Positions 18,959 to 29,078 of a stretch of 38,288 nucleotides of DNA are shown piece after piece. The position numbers were made by a program, and so were the translations under genes. The DNA is from Verrucomicrobiota bacterium (lineage in GTDB: Bacteria; Verrucomicrobiota; Verrucomicrobiia; Verrucomicrobiales; DEV007). The stretch lies in the NCBI GenBank assembly GCA_045046875.1, contig JASFYY010000120.1, positions 1 through 38,288 on the forward strand. The letters run 5' to 3'. The notes under the pieces were generated by a model that was given only the letters and a program-made list of their open reading frames with translations, was not told the DNA's origin and did no database searches. The first letter of the stretch is position 1; every line of letters begins with the position of its first letter.

Positions 18959-20212
18959 TTATTTTTTTCCAACGCAATACAGAAACTCCTGCCGCTTACC
19001 GTCCACCTTCTCCGCCACCCGCAAATAGATTCGATCCCCCGCAAAAGACGGGGTTGCGAACACCTCACTACCCAGTTGATTTTTAGACACCACATCGAGC
19101 TTTTTTGGATCCGGTTTGATCACAAAAGTCACCCCCTCCTGACTGCTGATAAATATATGTTCTCCAGCCAACACGGGGGATGCATTAAAAACTCCGCCCA
19201 GTCTCTCTTTCCACATTTCTTTCCCCGTCGCCGCTTCAAAACAGTAAGCCTCCCCTTTATCTGTGATTGCATAAAGATAACCCTCATGGGTCAACATCGA
19301 CGGCACATAAACCTGCACCTCGTTGCGCCATACCACCTCACCCGACCCATCCGCCTTCACCGCTACGGTTTCTTTTTTAGGATAACCGCCACTGGCAAAC
19401 GCCAACCCGCCATCCACCACCACCGAGCCCACACATTCTTCCGTCGTCGCATCAATCGCACTCCACAGCGGCTCTCCTGTGGAGGGGTTGTAAGCCGCCA
19501 GCATTTTACAGCCGGTGATGATGAGCTGATCCTTGCCCGCCACCCGGCACACCACTGGAGATGGGTAATTCGGCGACTTCGGCCGATCCTGTTTCCAGAC
19601 ACGTTCACCTGTCTGTGCTTCAAAGGCAGATACGTAGCCGCCATTAGCATGATCCGCAGCTACCAAAACTAGACCCTTATAAAGAATAGGCGAAGCGCTG
19701 TAACCCCAATGCGATTTAAAATCGCCCACCTTTTTTTGCCAAAGCACCTCCCCCTCTAAACTAAGCGCCGTCAAGTGAACCGCCGCATTATTCATCAACA
19801 AAACCAACAAGCGCTCGCCATCACAGGCTACCGAACTGGTCGCCAGAGTATTACGTTTGTGCAAGCGTTTGTCCTTTTCAAAACCACTGAACAAAGTCTT
19901 TTCCCACAACTGTTTGCCCGACTTCCTATCATAAGCCAAAACCGACTGGCTCAACTTTTCATCATCCCCCGTCGCCAGATAAATACGGTCGCCATGAATC
20001 GTCGGCGATGAATGCCCACGCCCAGCCACCTCGGATTTCCACAACACCGCCGTCGCAGCATCCCACTTGAGCGGCGGATTTTCGTCCGGCACCTTGCCGT
20101 TATTGTTAGGGCCACGCCAACCCGGCCAATTTTCAGCAGCAGTTGAAAACGCAACGGTTCCCAACAAAATCAATCCAAGCAAACTTATTCTATTCCATCG
20201 TATTAAGCTCAT
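18959..20212 (-). CDS. PQQ-like (BamB-type) beta-propeller protein
   Basis: ENWPGWRGP, GHSSP, SASP, TGERVW/TGEPLW/TGKEMW repeats, ATP at the C-terminus. Confidence 0.9.
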   Translation of the reverse strand: MSLIRWNRISLLGLILLGTVAFSTAAENWPGWRGPNNNGKVPDENPPLKWDAATAVLWKSEVAGRGHSSPTIHGDRIYLATGDDEKLSQSVLAYDRKSGKQLWEKTLFSGFEKDKRLHKRNTLATSSVACDGERLLVLLMNNAAVHLTALSLEGEVLWQKKVGDFKSHWGYSASPILYKGLVLVAADHANGGYVSAFEAQTGERVWKQDRPKSPNYPSPVVCRVAGKDQLIITGCKMLAAYNPSTGEPLWSAIDATTEECVGSVVVDGGLAFASGGYPKKETVAVKADGSGEVVWRNEVQVYVPSMLTHEGYLYAITDKGEAYCFEAATGKEMWKERLGGVFNASPVLAGEHIFISSQEGVTFVIKPDPKKLDVVSKNQLGSEVFATPSFAGDRIYLRVAEKVDGKRQEFLYCVGKK

Positions 20213-20358
20213 AAACAACGAGTATAACCCAAGCAAAAGCCCGCCGCTAGCGAATTGAAAAATTAAAAAACTCCTTAAAAAATGAGGTGAGTAAGCTCGC
20301 AGTGCGAACAGACCCGTCTCACATTTCTAACCCCTTTTTTTCCGCCGCGTGAAGCGAG

Positions 20359-20999
20359 TCATTTCACTTGCTTGACTATGGTTGTGCTTAGCAAACTATC
20401 ACTCTTATACCATTCTTTTTTGACGCCTTCACCCTCCTCTCCGAATATAAATAGGATGGAATGTTCGTTGCTATACAAGAACCTCACCTTGCCCGGCTCC
20501 TCCACCTCCCATTGTCAGCTCTGGGCAGCTTGCCCTGGCAAAGTCGCCTTGAGTCGCCCTCTTTTCTCAAAAACGTAGATCACCCCGCCGACATCCTTCC
20601 AGATCGTGCCTATCAATTTTTTCTCAAGTTCCTTTCGCATAGCGGATTTGCTTTTTTCCGCTGACGCCGCCTCTTTCTCTCCCCCCTTGGCCGAACTAAT
20701 CGCTGCCAAATCAATCTCGCCCTTCAACCTTTCTATTCCCCCTTGATTGCCAGTGCCCCTTCCAAATCTCCTTTTTTGGTTACCTTTTCCATCTCCTGCT
20801 TAAGCGCGGTCACCACCTGCACCCGCTTCGCCCAGAGCTCTTTCTTCAAATCATTCAATTTCCCTTGCTCATAGTCCTCCAATTTCCTGATATACTCACC
20901 CGCCTTACCCTTCAGAGGCTCAGCCAACAGATTGGGTTCAAGTAAAAAACACCCCCAGCCCAACAGAACCACCATCCCCAATTTAACAATCGTATTCAT
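20359..20999 (-). pseudogene. Exported hypothetical protein broken by one frameshift and one nonsense codon
   Basis: ORF ending ..GDLEGALAIKGE* continues after a 1-nt shift as IERLKGEIDLAA; TGA at 20515-20517 is followed in frame by 51 more sense codons to TGA 20359-20361. Confidence 0.65.
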
Positions 21000-21143
21000 A
21001 GAACGCACAAGCTACCAATGCTACCCCTGCATAACAAGAATAAAGCCACCGCAAATTTCACCTACTTCAGCGCAAGCTGAAGTCATCAGTAGTGCGCGAT
21101 AATACACTTGCATCAGCTCCAGCTGACCAATAGCTTTCTCACC

Positions 21144-21635
21144 ATGAAAATCCATCCACGCTCCCTATCTTTCATATGCTCCCTCGCCATATTAACCAGT
21201 GCTTTATTAATCAGCACCCCGTTCCCCTGCTCTGCACAAGACCAAACAACTGCCAACAAAGCTCTACTGATCGAGCAGCTCAAAGAAACTTACGCCTTGC
21301 TGGAAAAAGGCGACTACCCAAGTGCCTCCAAGTATTTTGTATTGCCTCCCAAATTCACCCCCGACATGCTCGGTGCTTTCATCAAGCGCAGGGAGATTTC
21401 TTTAGCTGGCATCATCAGATTAGAAAAGGAAGCCAAATTCGACAAAGCCTCCGTGCTTTTTGGTGCTGAAAAAGCAGCCTCTCTGGCAAAACGCGCCGGA
21501 GTTGATGTCGAACAATGTTACGGCTTTTACCACCAGACCAAGGAGGCCACCGCTGAAGTCATCGCCCTTTGGCAAGACGGCACTTTCAAAATCGTCCGCC
21601 TTGACGATGTCGGAAAGCTCCTCCCAATAGAATAA
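21144..21635 (+). CDS. Exported hypothetical protein
   Basis: Signal peptide then NTF2-like-looking pattern (LEKGDYPSASKYF...WQDGTFKIVRLDD). Confidence 0.7.
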   Translation: MKIHPRSLSFICSLAILTSALLISTPFPCSAQDQTTANKALLIEQLKETYALLEKGDYPSASKYFVLPPKFTPDMLGAFIKRREISLAGIIRLEKEAKFDKASVLFGAEKAASLAKRAGVDVEQCYGFYHQTKEATAEVIALWQDGTFKIVRLDDVGKLLPIE

Positions 21636-21728
21636 CACTACGCCTCAACAAGTTGCTGCCCCGCCCTAAACGCCTATCCGCCTTCGTCCGTTAAAACTAT
21701 GGCGAGACGGGCAGCCCTTCCCTTACCA

Positions 21729-23651
21729 CTACCACTCATAACCAATCTTGGCCGAAGCGTAATGCTGTCCTGCATCGCTGCGGAAAAACACCCCTTCGTA
21801 GTCTGCCAAAAATGACCAGCCTTGGGTCAACTCACACTTGATCCCCGCTCCCGCACTCAACCAATCGGTGCCAACCGCCGCTCCATCACTGGTCGCGGTG
21901 TAACCTCCGATGCTGCGCGCCGTGCCACCTGTCACCAAGGCAAAAGGCGAAGTCTGTAATGAACCACTGACCGTGCCGTTCTCTGGCATATACTCATGCT
22001 CCCACGCCAAACGCACTTGGGAAATGACTCGACCCCAGCCGGTTTCCTTCACATGACTCGCCTGCCAACCCACACGGCTGATCATCGACTCAAAATCCGT
22101 GCCTGCATAATCCAAAGCCCCCACTGATCCTCCACGTTCGCTGTAGGGATCGACATTACCTGTTCCGTAACGCAAGCCTGCCACGGGTCCCGTGCTGATG
22201 CTACGTCCAAGATGGATGTTATGCCCTAGATTCAAACGCACGTTGTGACTATCACTATCGGTGTCCCCTCGTGCTCTCGATCCCAAGCCGGTATTGCGGC
22301 TGATGTCGTTATTAAACGATCCGTAACTGTAAAGCAGATCCGCCCAGCTCGAACCAAAATTGGCGGTGGTGAACACCGAGATCATGTTGCCTTCCAAATC
22401 CAAGTTGCCTAAGTTAGCCGAAGCATTGGTATCACTCTGCACATAGCTCCACGCCAGTCCCGCTTTGAGCCATGAATTGAGACGATAATCAAATCCAATT
22501 GACCCCGCGTAGGTGGTGGTTTCAAACCCATTGATCAATTTATTCAGCTGATCCTGATCGTAAGAACTGAAGTCTCCCGAAACAAACATCCGCCAATTTT
22601 TCACCGGTGCCGTTTCGATCACCGCTTTGGCATCATCGATCACCGCCTTGCCGCCACCCGCTTCGACGATCTGCACCGTCGCCGCGCCACCAACCATAGG
22701 AATACCCATCATCGCGTAAGGCAAACCTCCGCCAGCCATCGTGCTTACCACTTCTACCGTGCGCTCTTCTGGCTCAGCCAAACCGAGAGCCACTTTGTAG
22801 GAAGTATGTTCCTCCTGCATGAAAGCAAAATAACGCAGCAGGCTCGAAGAACCATCAGCCGTAACGTCCAAAGTTGAGGCCACTCCAACATCATCACCCC
22901 TACCACTCGTTCCATTGGCAAACAGTTCCCCACGCAAATCGCGCAACACCGTATTGGTTGCCCCTTGCGCCGATGACTGCAACATATGCCCCATCATCAT
23001 GCCGCTACCCTCAGCCGAAGCGATCGCACTGTAGTTGGTGGTGCGGTAAGAGCGAACCACTCGACGCACACGGCGACCACCAACGGTAGTCGTCACCACC
23101 GTTTGCTGCACGGGTGCTATGCCTATGATGAAATGCAACACGCCGGGATAAATCTGCACCACCGCACCCGTGGCATAATTGGAAAATAACGAATTAAGGG
23201 CATTAGGAATTACAGCAAACCCAGAAGCTGTCACATTGGTGTTGCTGGGGACAACATTGATAAACTGAAGCATTAATCTTTCATTTTGCGAAGGCCCTCC
23301 TGAAAAGGTAAAGGCGAATGGTGTCCCGACAATTCCGTTTGAATTGATGTTCAGTGTGGCACCAGGGTTGACCCCTGATTGAAAAATCGCCACATCAGAC
23401 TGAGGCACAACCAATCCGAGCGGATCCCCTTGATTTATGCCCCGAAGCAATGCGCCGGGCAACAAGTTTGACGAATAACCAATTATTTGATTATTTGAGT
23501 TATTTGCAGTTGATGTCGCCGACCCACTCCCCGTCACCACCGTCTCCGCCCCCTGCTGATCAAAAGTGAAAACCAACTGCGCTTGACCTGAAATCGTAGA
23601 GAATAAAAACGCAGTAATACCGAGCCAAAGGGAGATATGTAGTTTTTTCAT
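21729..23651 (-). CDS. Autotransporter beta-barrel domain protein with short passenger
   Basis: Signal peptide; C-terminal ~290-aa barrel (GSIGFDY, YSERGG, LAWEHEY, terminal IGYEW). Confidence 0.88.
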   Translation of the reverse strand: MKKLHISLWLGITAFLFSTISGQAQLVFTFDQQGAETVVTGSGSATSTANNSNNQIIGYSSNLLPGALLRGINQGDPLGLVVPQSDVAIFQSGVNPGATLNINSNGIVGTPFAFTFSGGPSQNERLMLQFINVVPSNTNVTASGFAVIPNALNSLFSNYATGAVVQIYPGVLHFIIGIAPVQQTVVTTTVGGRRVRRVVRSYRTTNYSAIASAEGSGMMMGHMLQSSAQGATNTVLRDLRGELFANGTSGRGDDVGVASTLDVTADGSSSLLRYFAFMQEEHTSYKVALGLAEPEERTVEVVSTMAGGGLPYAMMGIPMVGGAATVQIVEAGGGKAVIDDAKAVIETAPVKNWRMFVSGDFSSYDQDQLNKLINGFETTTYAGSIGFDYRLNSWLKAGLAWSYVQSDTNASANLGNLDLEGNMISVFTTANFGSSWADLLYSYGSFNNDISRNTGLGSRARGDTDSDSHNVRLNLGHNIHLGRSISTGPVAGLRYGTGNVDPYSERGGSVGALDYAGTDFESMISRVGWQASHVKETGWGRVISQVRLAWEHEYMPENGTVSGSLQTSPFALVTGGTARSIGGYTATSDGAAVGTDWLSAGAGIKCELTQGWSFLADYEGVFFRSDAGQHYASAKIGYEW

Positions 23652-23875
23652 TAAGATTAGGACTTTTGGGTAATTAGTAACATGCCTTAGAATACTTATA
23701 TATGTTTGGCACGATATATTATGTTTTCAAGCTTAGTTAATCGAAAACTCAAATAGCACGCAGAATCACCTGACATTTTGCCAATTTATGCACAATAAAA
23801 CCTCCTCTAAGCGTCTTCCTCGCCAGCCATCCGCTCTAAACAACACACAAACTATAACCGCTATCCACCTTCCCC

Positions 23876-24913
23876 CTACAACTCCACCACCCGCCCTTCG
23901 CGAATAGAATCTTCCGCCGCCACTGTCATCCGCGTCCCATCCAGGCAGTCCTCCACTGAGGTCAAAATCGGCGCGCCATCCAGCACCGCATTCACAAACG
24001 CTTCGTGGATTTCCGAGAAACCCAAATGCCCGCCCCAACCAACCGCTTCTTTTGCCTCGATCTTGTGTGCAATCGGCTGCTTCTGATCCTCACCAAGCTT
24101 CCATTGCAAAACCTCAATGCTTGAAATTTGTGTCTGCAACGAACCTTTGTCCCCAATAATCCCCATCTCCAATTCCTCCTCCGGAAAATCACGTGCGAAC
24201 ATACACAACTGCAAAGTGCCATGCACCCCGTTGTCATATTCAAAACTCACCGTTGCATTGTCATGCACCTGATGCCCACCCTCGATCACCCGGTTGACCG
24301 CATTACTGCCAAAAGCCGCCACCTTTTTGGCTTTGCCTCCGCACCACCAATTCATCACATCAAAGTGATGGGCGTTTTTATCCACCAGACAACCGCCGGA
24401 CTTGCGATCATCTTGAATCCACTCGCCTGACTTCGGTTGGAAAGGTCCACGGAATTCTTTCGTCCACACCATCTGAGGCGTGCCGATCTCTCCGTCATCT
24501 ACCAGTTGTTTGATCTTCTGAAAGAAGGGCGAATAACGCAACTCGTGACCGATCATGATGATCTTATCCGTCGATTGAGCCAACGCCTTGAGCTCATCAC
24601 ACTCCGCTAAAGTAATCCCGCAGGGTTTTTCCAAAAACAAATGTTTGCCCGCTGCAATCGTCGCTTTTGCCAAGCGCAAATGAGTGAAGTTCGGCGTCGA
24701 AATAAACACCGCATCCACATCCGACTGGATCAATTCATCTTCATCATGATACACTCTGGCATCCGGTGCGATCTCCAAACACTTGGCTAGGTTGTCCTTA
24801 TTATTACCACAAACAGCAACCACCTCCGCCCGCTCACCATTTTCCCGATGGATCAAATCCACATGACTGCGCCCCATCGCCCCGATACCAATAAATCCAC
24901 ATTTTAATTTCAT
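23876..24913 (-). CDS. Gfo/Idh/MocA family oxidoreductase
   Basis: GIGAMG Rossmann motif, EKP, GHELRY, SGGCLVDKNAHHFD. Confidence 0.93.
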   Translation of the reverse strand: MKLKCGFIGIGAMGRSHVDLIHRENGERAEVVAVCGNNKDNLAKCLEIAPDARVYHDEDELIQSDVDAVFISTPNFTHLRLAKATIAAGKHLFLEKPCGITLAECDELKALAQSTDKIIMIGHELRYSPFFQKIKQLVDDGEIGTPQMVWTKEFRGPFQPKSGEWIQDDRKSGGCLVDKNAHHFDVMNWWCGGKAKKVAAFGSNAVNRVIEGGHQVHDNATVSFEYDNGVHGTLQLCMFARDFPEEELEMGIIGDKGSLQTQISSIEVLQWKLGEDQKQPIAHKIEAKEAVGWGGHLGFSEIHEAFVNAVLDGAPILTSVEDCLDGTRMTVAAEDSIREGRVVEL

Positions 24914-25045
24914 GATGACGCATTTTGACCGCAAGCACTCGCTTTGTCATTCGTTTTATTCTAAAAACACAATAAATACATTTTACCTCTAATTTCCAAT
25001 TACCTACTTGAGAGCCAGCTTTTTCCCTCCTAAACTCCCAACATC

Positions 25046-25834
25046 ATGAACAGTCTCCATTTCTCCCTTTCCTACACGCTTTTGACCTTGTCTTTTTTCT
25101 TCGCTTCTTCTTTTCACCTTTCTGCTCGAGAATTCACCGACAGCAAAGGACGAAAAATCGAAGCCCGCATTGTATCGGCTACACCCGATGGCAAAATTGA
25201 AATTCTTCGCAAAGGAAAAAAAATAACTGTGGCAGTCAATATCTTCTCCTTAGATGACCAAGAATACATCCGCACGTGGATCAAAGAACACCCTGACTCC
25301 ATAAGCTATCGTTTTAATTACTATGTGGATCTCAAAGAATTGCGTGAGAAAAAATCCTCGAGGAATGGCTCCATGACAACAGACAAGTTGATCAGCAAAC
25401 CCCAGCAATTGCTTATCAATGTGAACAATAAAAATTCAGGGTCAGTCAAAAATCTGAAAATCGTGGTGGATGCCATTGTTGAGGATGCCGTAAACATCGA
25501 AGACGGTTCCTATTCACGCCTAGCCGTTGGAGGCAAAAGAAATGACCTGCTGCGAGCTCAACGCTTCCGCGCCAAAGCAGATATCGAGGAGATCAAGTTC
25601 AAAGGCAGAGCTGAGATCACTTTCGAATTTGATATCGAACGCTACGTAGATCGTGACAACGGCTATGTCGATGGCACAGCTACCGACAAAGTTCTTGGTG
25701 CTTGGATTCGCATTTACAAAAAAGACAAATTAGTAGGAGAGTTTAAGCGCTCTTTCGAAAGCAAATTTGACAAAGTCGAATGGCAAGATAAAAACCTCTC
25801 AGAACCTAGAAATGTAAAAATCTCCACTAAATAA
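25046..25834 (+). CDS. Exported SHD1-like domain protein
   Basis: Signal peptide then REFTDSKGRKIEA...FSLDDQEYIRTW. Confidence 0.8.
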   Translation: MNSLHFSLSYTLLTLSFFFASSFHLSAREFTDSKGRKIEARIVSATPDGKIEILRKGKKITVAVNIFSLDDQEYIRTWIKEHPDSISYRFNYYVDLKELREKKSSRNGSMTTDKLISKPQQLLINVNNKNSGSVKNLKIVVDAIVEDAVNIEDGSYSRLAVGGKRNDLLRAQRFRAKADIEEIKFKGRAEITFEFDIERYVDRDNGYVDGTATDKVLGAWIRIYKKDKLVGEFKRSFESKFDKVEWQDKNLSEPRNVKISTK

Positions 25835-25847
25835 CCTCTCCTCCCCC

Positions 25848-27113
25848 ATGCCTTGCCCCCTCCACGACTACATCCAACAGCTGCCCATCATCGATGTGCA
25901 CGAACACCATCTGCCGGAAACTTTCCTCAGCTCGGAAGTCGGCCTGCTCGATCTCTTCAAACAAAGTTACGCCGGATGGACTCAGGCACGCCCTTACCCT
26001 TTGCCTGGCGAAACGGTAGATGAAAGTCTGATGGGCCCCGCCGAGGGTGAAACCAGCTGGCCGGACATCGCCGCTTATGTCGAAGACTGCGGCTCAAATC
26101 AATTTGTGCGCAGCTTGGTGCACGGTCTCGATGAACTTTACGATCTGAAAGGTGAGGGTATCACCGAAAACAACTGGCAGGCACTTGACCAGAGCATTCG
26201 AAAAAACCACCGTGACCCGGACTGGGCTCATCAAGTGATGCGGCGTGCCGGAGTACAACGCATCATCACCGACCCCTACTCCGCCCCCTTGCAAAATGCC
26301 AGTCAGACTCTCGGTGAACACTACCAATCAGTACTACGCATCAACGCACTGGCGATGGGCTGGCATCCCGACAATGCCGACCATAATGGCAATCGCACCT
26401 CTGACTTCGCCAAAGAGTTAGGGATCACTCTCGATTCTTTTGACGATTTTTGCCACCTGCTTGAAGTATTAGTCGACAGCCTCGCTGACCGTAACCAAGT
26501 CGCGATCAAAAATGCTCTCGCCTACGATCGCGACATTCAATTTGATCCACCCGACGAAGCTCTCGCCCGCAGCGCTTGGAAAAATCAACACGCCAGTGCC
26601 GAACAACAAAAAGCTTTCGGAGATTTTGCCGTCGACCGTCTCTGCGCCCTCGCCGGCGAGCGCGACATCCCGGTGCAGATGCACCTTGGCACCGCAGTGA
26701 TTCACTACTCCCACCCGATGAAAGCCGTTGGCCTCATCGAACGCCACCCCAATACCCGTTTCCTGCTGATGCACCTGGCTTACCCCTGGAGCGTTGACTT
26801 GCTCGGCATGGCTTTTGTCTACCGCAATATCTGGATCGACCTGACATGGTCCTTCCTACTCAGCGGCAGCCATTTCAAACGCGCCCTGCACGAAGCCATC
26901 GAAATCCTGCCCGACGAAACACGCCTGATGTTCGGCGGTGACAACTGGCACGCCGAAGAGAGCTTCAGCAGCTTCAAACAATTCCGCAAACTGATCAGCG
27001 AAGTGCTGCAAGAGAAAATTGACGAAGGTTATTTTCTGCCAGCAGACGCCCAACGTCTGGCAGAGAAAATTTTCTCCAAAAATGCAATCGCCTTTTTTGG
27101 CTTGGATAAGTGA
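25848..27113 (+). CDS. Amidohydrolase-superfamily protein (uronate isomerase-like fold)
   Basis: IIDVHEH (HxH), QMHLG, LLMHLAYP, FGGD. Confidence 0.88.
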   Translation: MPCPLHDYIQQLPIIDVHEHHLPETFLSSEVGLLDLFKQSYAGWTQARPYPLPGETVDESLMGPAEGETSWPDIAAYVEDCGSNQFVRSLVHGLDELYDLKGEGITENNWQALDQSIRKNHRDPDWAHQVMRRAGVQRIITDPYSAPLQNASQTLGEHYQSVLRINALAMGWHPDNADHNGNRTSDFAKELGITLDSFDDFCHLLEVLVDSLADRNQVAIKNALAYDRDIQFDPPDEALARSAWKNQHASAEQQKAFGDFAVDRLCALAGERDIPVQMHLGTAVIHYSHPMKAVGLIERHPNTRFLLMHLAYPWSVDLLGMAFVYRNIWIDLTWSFLLSGSHFKRALHEAIEILPDETRLMFGGDNWHAEESFSSFKQFRKLISEVLQEKIDEGYFLPADAQRLAEKIFSKNAIAFFGLDK

Positions 27114-27120
27114 GTAGCCC

Positions 27121-27491
27121 AAAGGAGCGCGGACATTCCTGTCCGCTCTTCAAGGGTGTAAGACAAAATAGTTACGCTGCTGAGCGCTATGCGTTTCGCC
27201 CTTGCAGGACTGGAAGAGCTGGAAGAGCTGGATTTTTTACCCAGCGCTTCGCACTGGGCTATATCATTGAGCAGCGTTGTGCAAAAAAGGGATGAAAGCA
27301 AACTGTCCTGTAAGGACAAAATGTGATAGCCCGGTGCGAAGCGCTGGGGTTAAATCGGTTTTATTACCAGCCCTAAAAGGGCGAAATGATGTTGATGTGT
27401 GATAAGGTAGCTTTCAATTAGCAAAGGCTAACTTTTTTGTCCGGCACCCGCTGTTCAATACCTATTGCGACAGGAATGTCCGCACTCCTTT
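27121..27491. repeat. Nested REP/REPIN-like inverted-repeat structure
   Basis: Outer pair 27121-27146 / 27467-27491; middle pair 27194-27213 / 27367-27386 (17/20); inner pair 27240-27262 / 27326-27348 (22/23). Confidence 0.85.
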
Positions 27492-27540
27492 GATCTCCCT
27501 CCAAAATTGCAAACCCCCTCATTCCATGACAAAGTCCCTT

Positions 27541-28950
27541 ATGAAACCTCGCTCTATATCTTCACTACTCATCGGCACCCTCTTATTAATCGCCGTCCTT
27601 CCTGCTCCCGCACAAAACAAAAAAACAGACCCCTATCTCTGGGCGATCCGCGCAGGAGGCACCCCCAGTGGAGAAAAAGTTCGCAGTCTGGCGGTTGGCG
27701 AAGACGGCTTCACTTACATCACCGGTCAATTTGACGGCGAAGCCGACTTCGGCAAACACCAGCTCACCAGCCGGGGCAAGCCCGATTGTTTCATCGCCAA
27801 AATCAATTCCGACGGTGAATTCATCTGGGCGCGTCAAATTGGCGGTGAACTGACAGAACGCGGTTACGGCATCGATGCAGACAAAAACGGCAATGTTTTT
27901 GTCACCGGACATTTCGAAAGCAAATCCCTCACCTTCGCTGGAAAAAAAGTGAACAACAGCGGCGACTACGATGCCTTCACCGCCAGCTATGACAAAGATG
28001 GCAACGAACGCTGGATCCACACCGGCGGCGGAGCGGGTTACGATTACGGGCACGGACTCGACCTCATGCCCGGCGGCGGTTGCGTGATAGCAGGCAGGAT
28101 GTCAGGCCATTGCAAACTCGGAGACATCACGCTGGAAACAAAAGAAAAATCTACCCGCCTCTTTGTCGCCCGCTACAGTGATGACGGCAAACTGCTCTGG
28201 GCCAAAGCCGGGGGCACCCCGATTTCCGCTTCGGCCGATGATGTAGCGGTAGATTCTAAAGGCAATATCTGGGTTTGCGGCAAGGCATACAAAAACGCCA
28301 GCTACGACGGCAAACCCCTCGGCGATGAGAAAGATGGCTCGCTACTGGCAGCCAAAATATCAGCAGCAGATGGCCGCCTGCTACAGGCTACCCGCTTTGG
28401 AGGCAAAATAGAAGGTCATGTCGCCGGCATCATTCCCGACGAAGTGAACGGAGGTTTCTATATTTGCGGCGCCTACAAGGGCACTATTCAAGTGGGTGAT
28501 AATACCATCACCTCCGTCGGTGACAAAGATGTGCTGGTCGCGCATTTTGATGACCAAGGGGAAATCGAATGGGTACGCAGCTGCGGCGGCCCCGGTTGGG
28601 ATCTCGCTTTGGGTATCGGCATCGACCGTAAAGGCAATGTTCTGGTCACCGGTTTTATTACTGAAAAAGGAGAATTTGGTCAGGGTTTTCCCGCTATCAG
28701 TGGAGCGGCTCGCGAGGGCTTTGCCTCATCTTATGACCACCAGGGCAAACTACTATGGGTCGTCGAAAATGGCGGAGCTGATAACGAAATCAACGAAGAT
28801 ATCGCCGCCGATCAGGACGGCAACATCATCAATGGAGGCGGCTTTCAAACAGACGGCACTTTTGGCCGCTTCAAACTGCTAGTCAAATCCGAGAGCAAAC
28901 GCGGGCAGGATATTTTTGTGGTTAAATTCCGACCACCCACTGGTAAATAA
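27541..28950 (+). CDS. Exported SBBP-like beta-propeller repeat protein
   Basis: Repeats of D..GN..VTG.F / D.F.AK....G...W....GG; signal peptide. Confidence 0.85.
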   Translation: MKPRSISSLLIGTLLLIAVLPAPAQNKKTDPYLWAIRAGGTPSGEKVRSLAVGEDGFTYITGQFDGEADFGKHQLTSRGKPDCFIAKINSDGEFIWARQIGGELTERGYGIDADKNGNVFVTGHFESKSLTFAGKKVNNSGDYDAFTASYDKDGNERWIHTGGGAGYDYGHGLDLMPGGGCVIAGRMSGHCKLGDITLETKEKSTRLFVARYSDDGKLLWAKAGGTPISASADDVAVDSKGNIWVCGKAYKNASYDGKPLGDEKDGSLLAAKISAADGRLLQATRFGGKIEGHVAGIIPDEVNGGFYICGAYKGTIQVGDNTITSVGDKDVLVAHFDDQGEIEWVRSCGGPGWDLALGIGIDRKGNVLVTGFITEKGEFGQGFPAISGAAREGFASSYDHQGKLLWVVENGGADNEINEDIAADQDGNIINGGGFQTDGTFGRFKLLVKSESKRGQDIFVVKFRPPTGK

Positions 28951-29078
28951 CAAATAGGCAAAACAAACTCTACCAGCTCTCTCCCCCAGATAGAAAGGTT
29001 AAGCTGCTCACACAGCCCCTTATAAAAAAGAAGTTTTTTTGCAATAGCTCCGACCAGTCTTTAAGACTACTGTTAGGC

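Noticed and set aside
21655..21716. GC-rich imperfect hairpin between convergent genes as a mobile repeat
   Set aside because: Single copy in the window; it cannot be distinguished from a bidirectional terminator.
27121..27491. CRISPR array or small ORFs (27110-27295, 27029-27319) in the repeat region
   Set aside because: The repeats are inverted and nested rather than regularly spaced direct repeats, there are no cas genes, and the ORFs are by-products of the palindromes.
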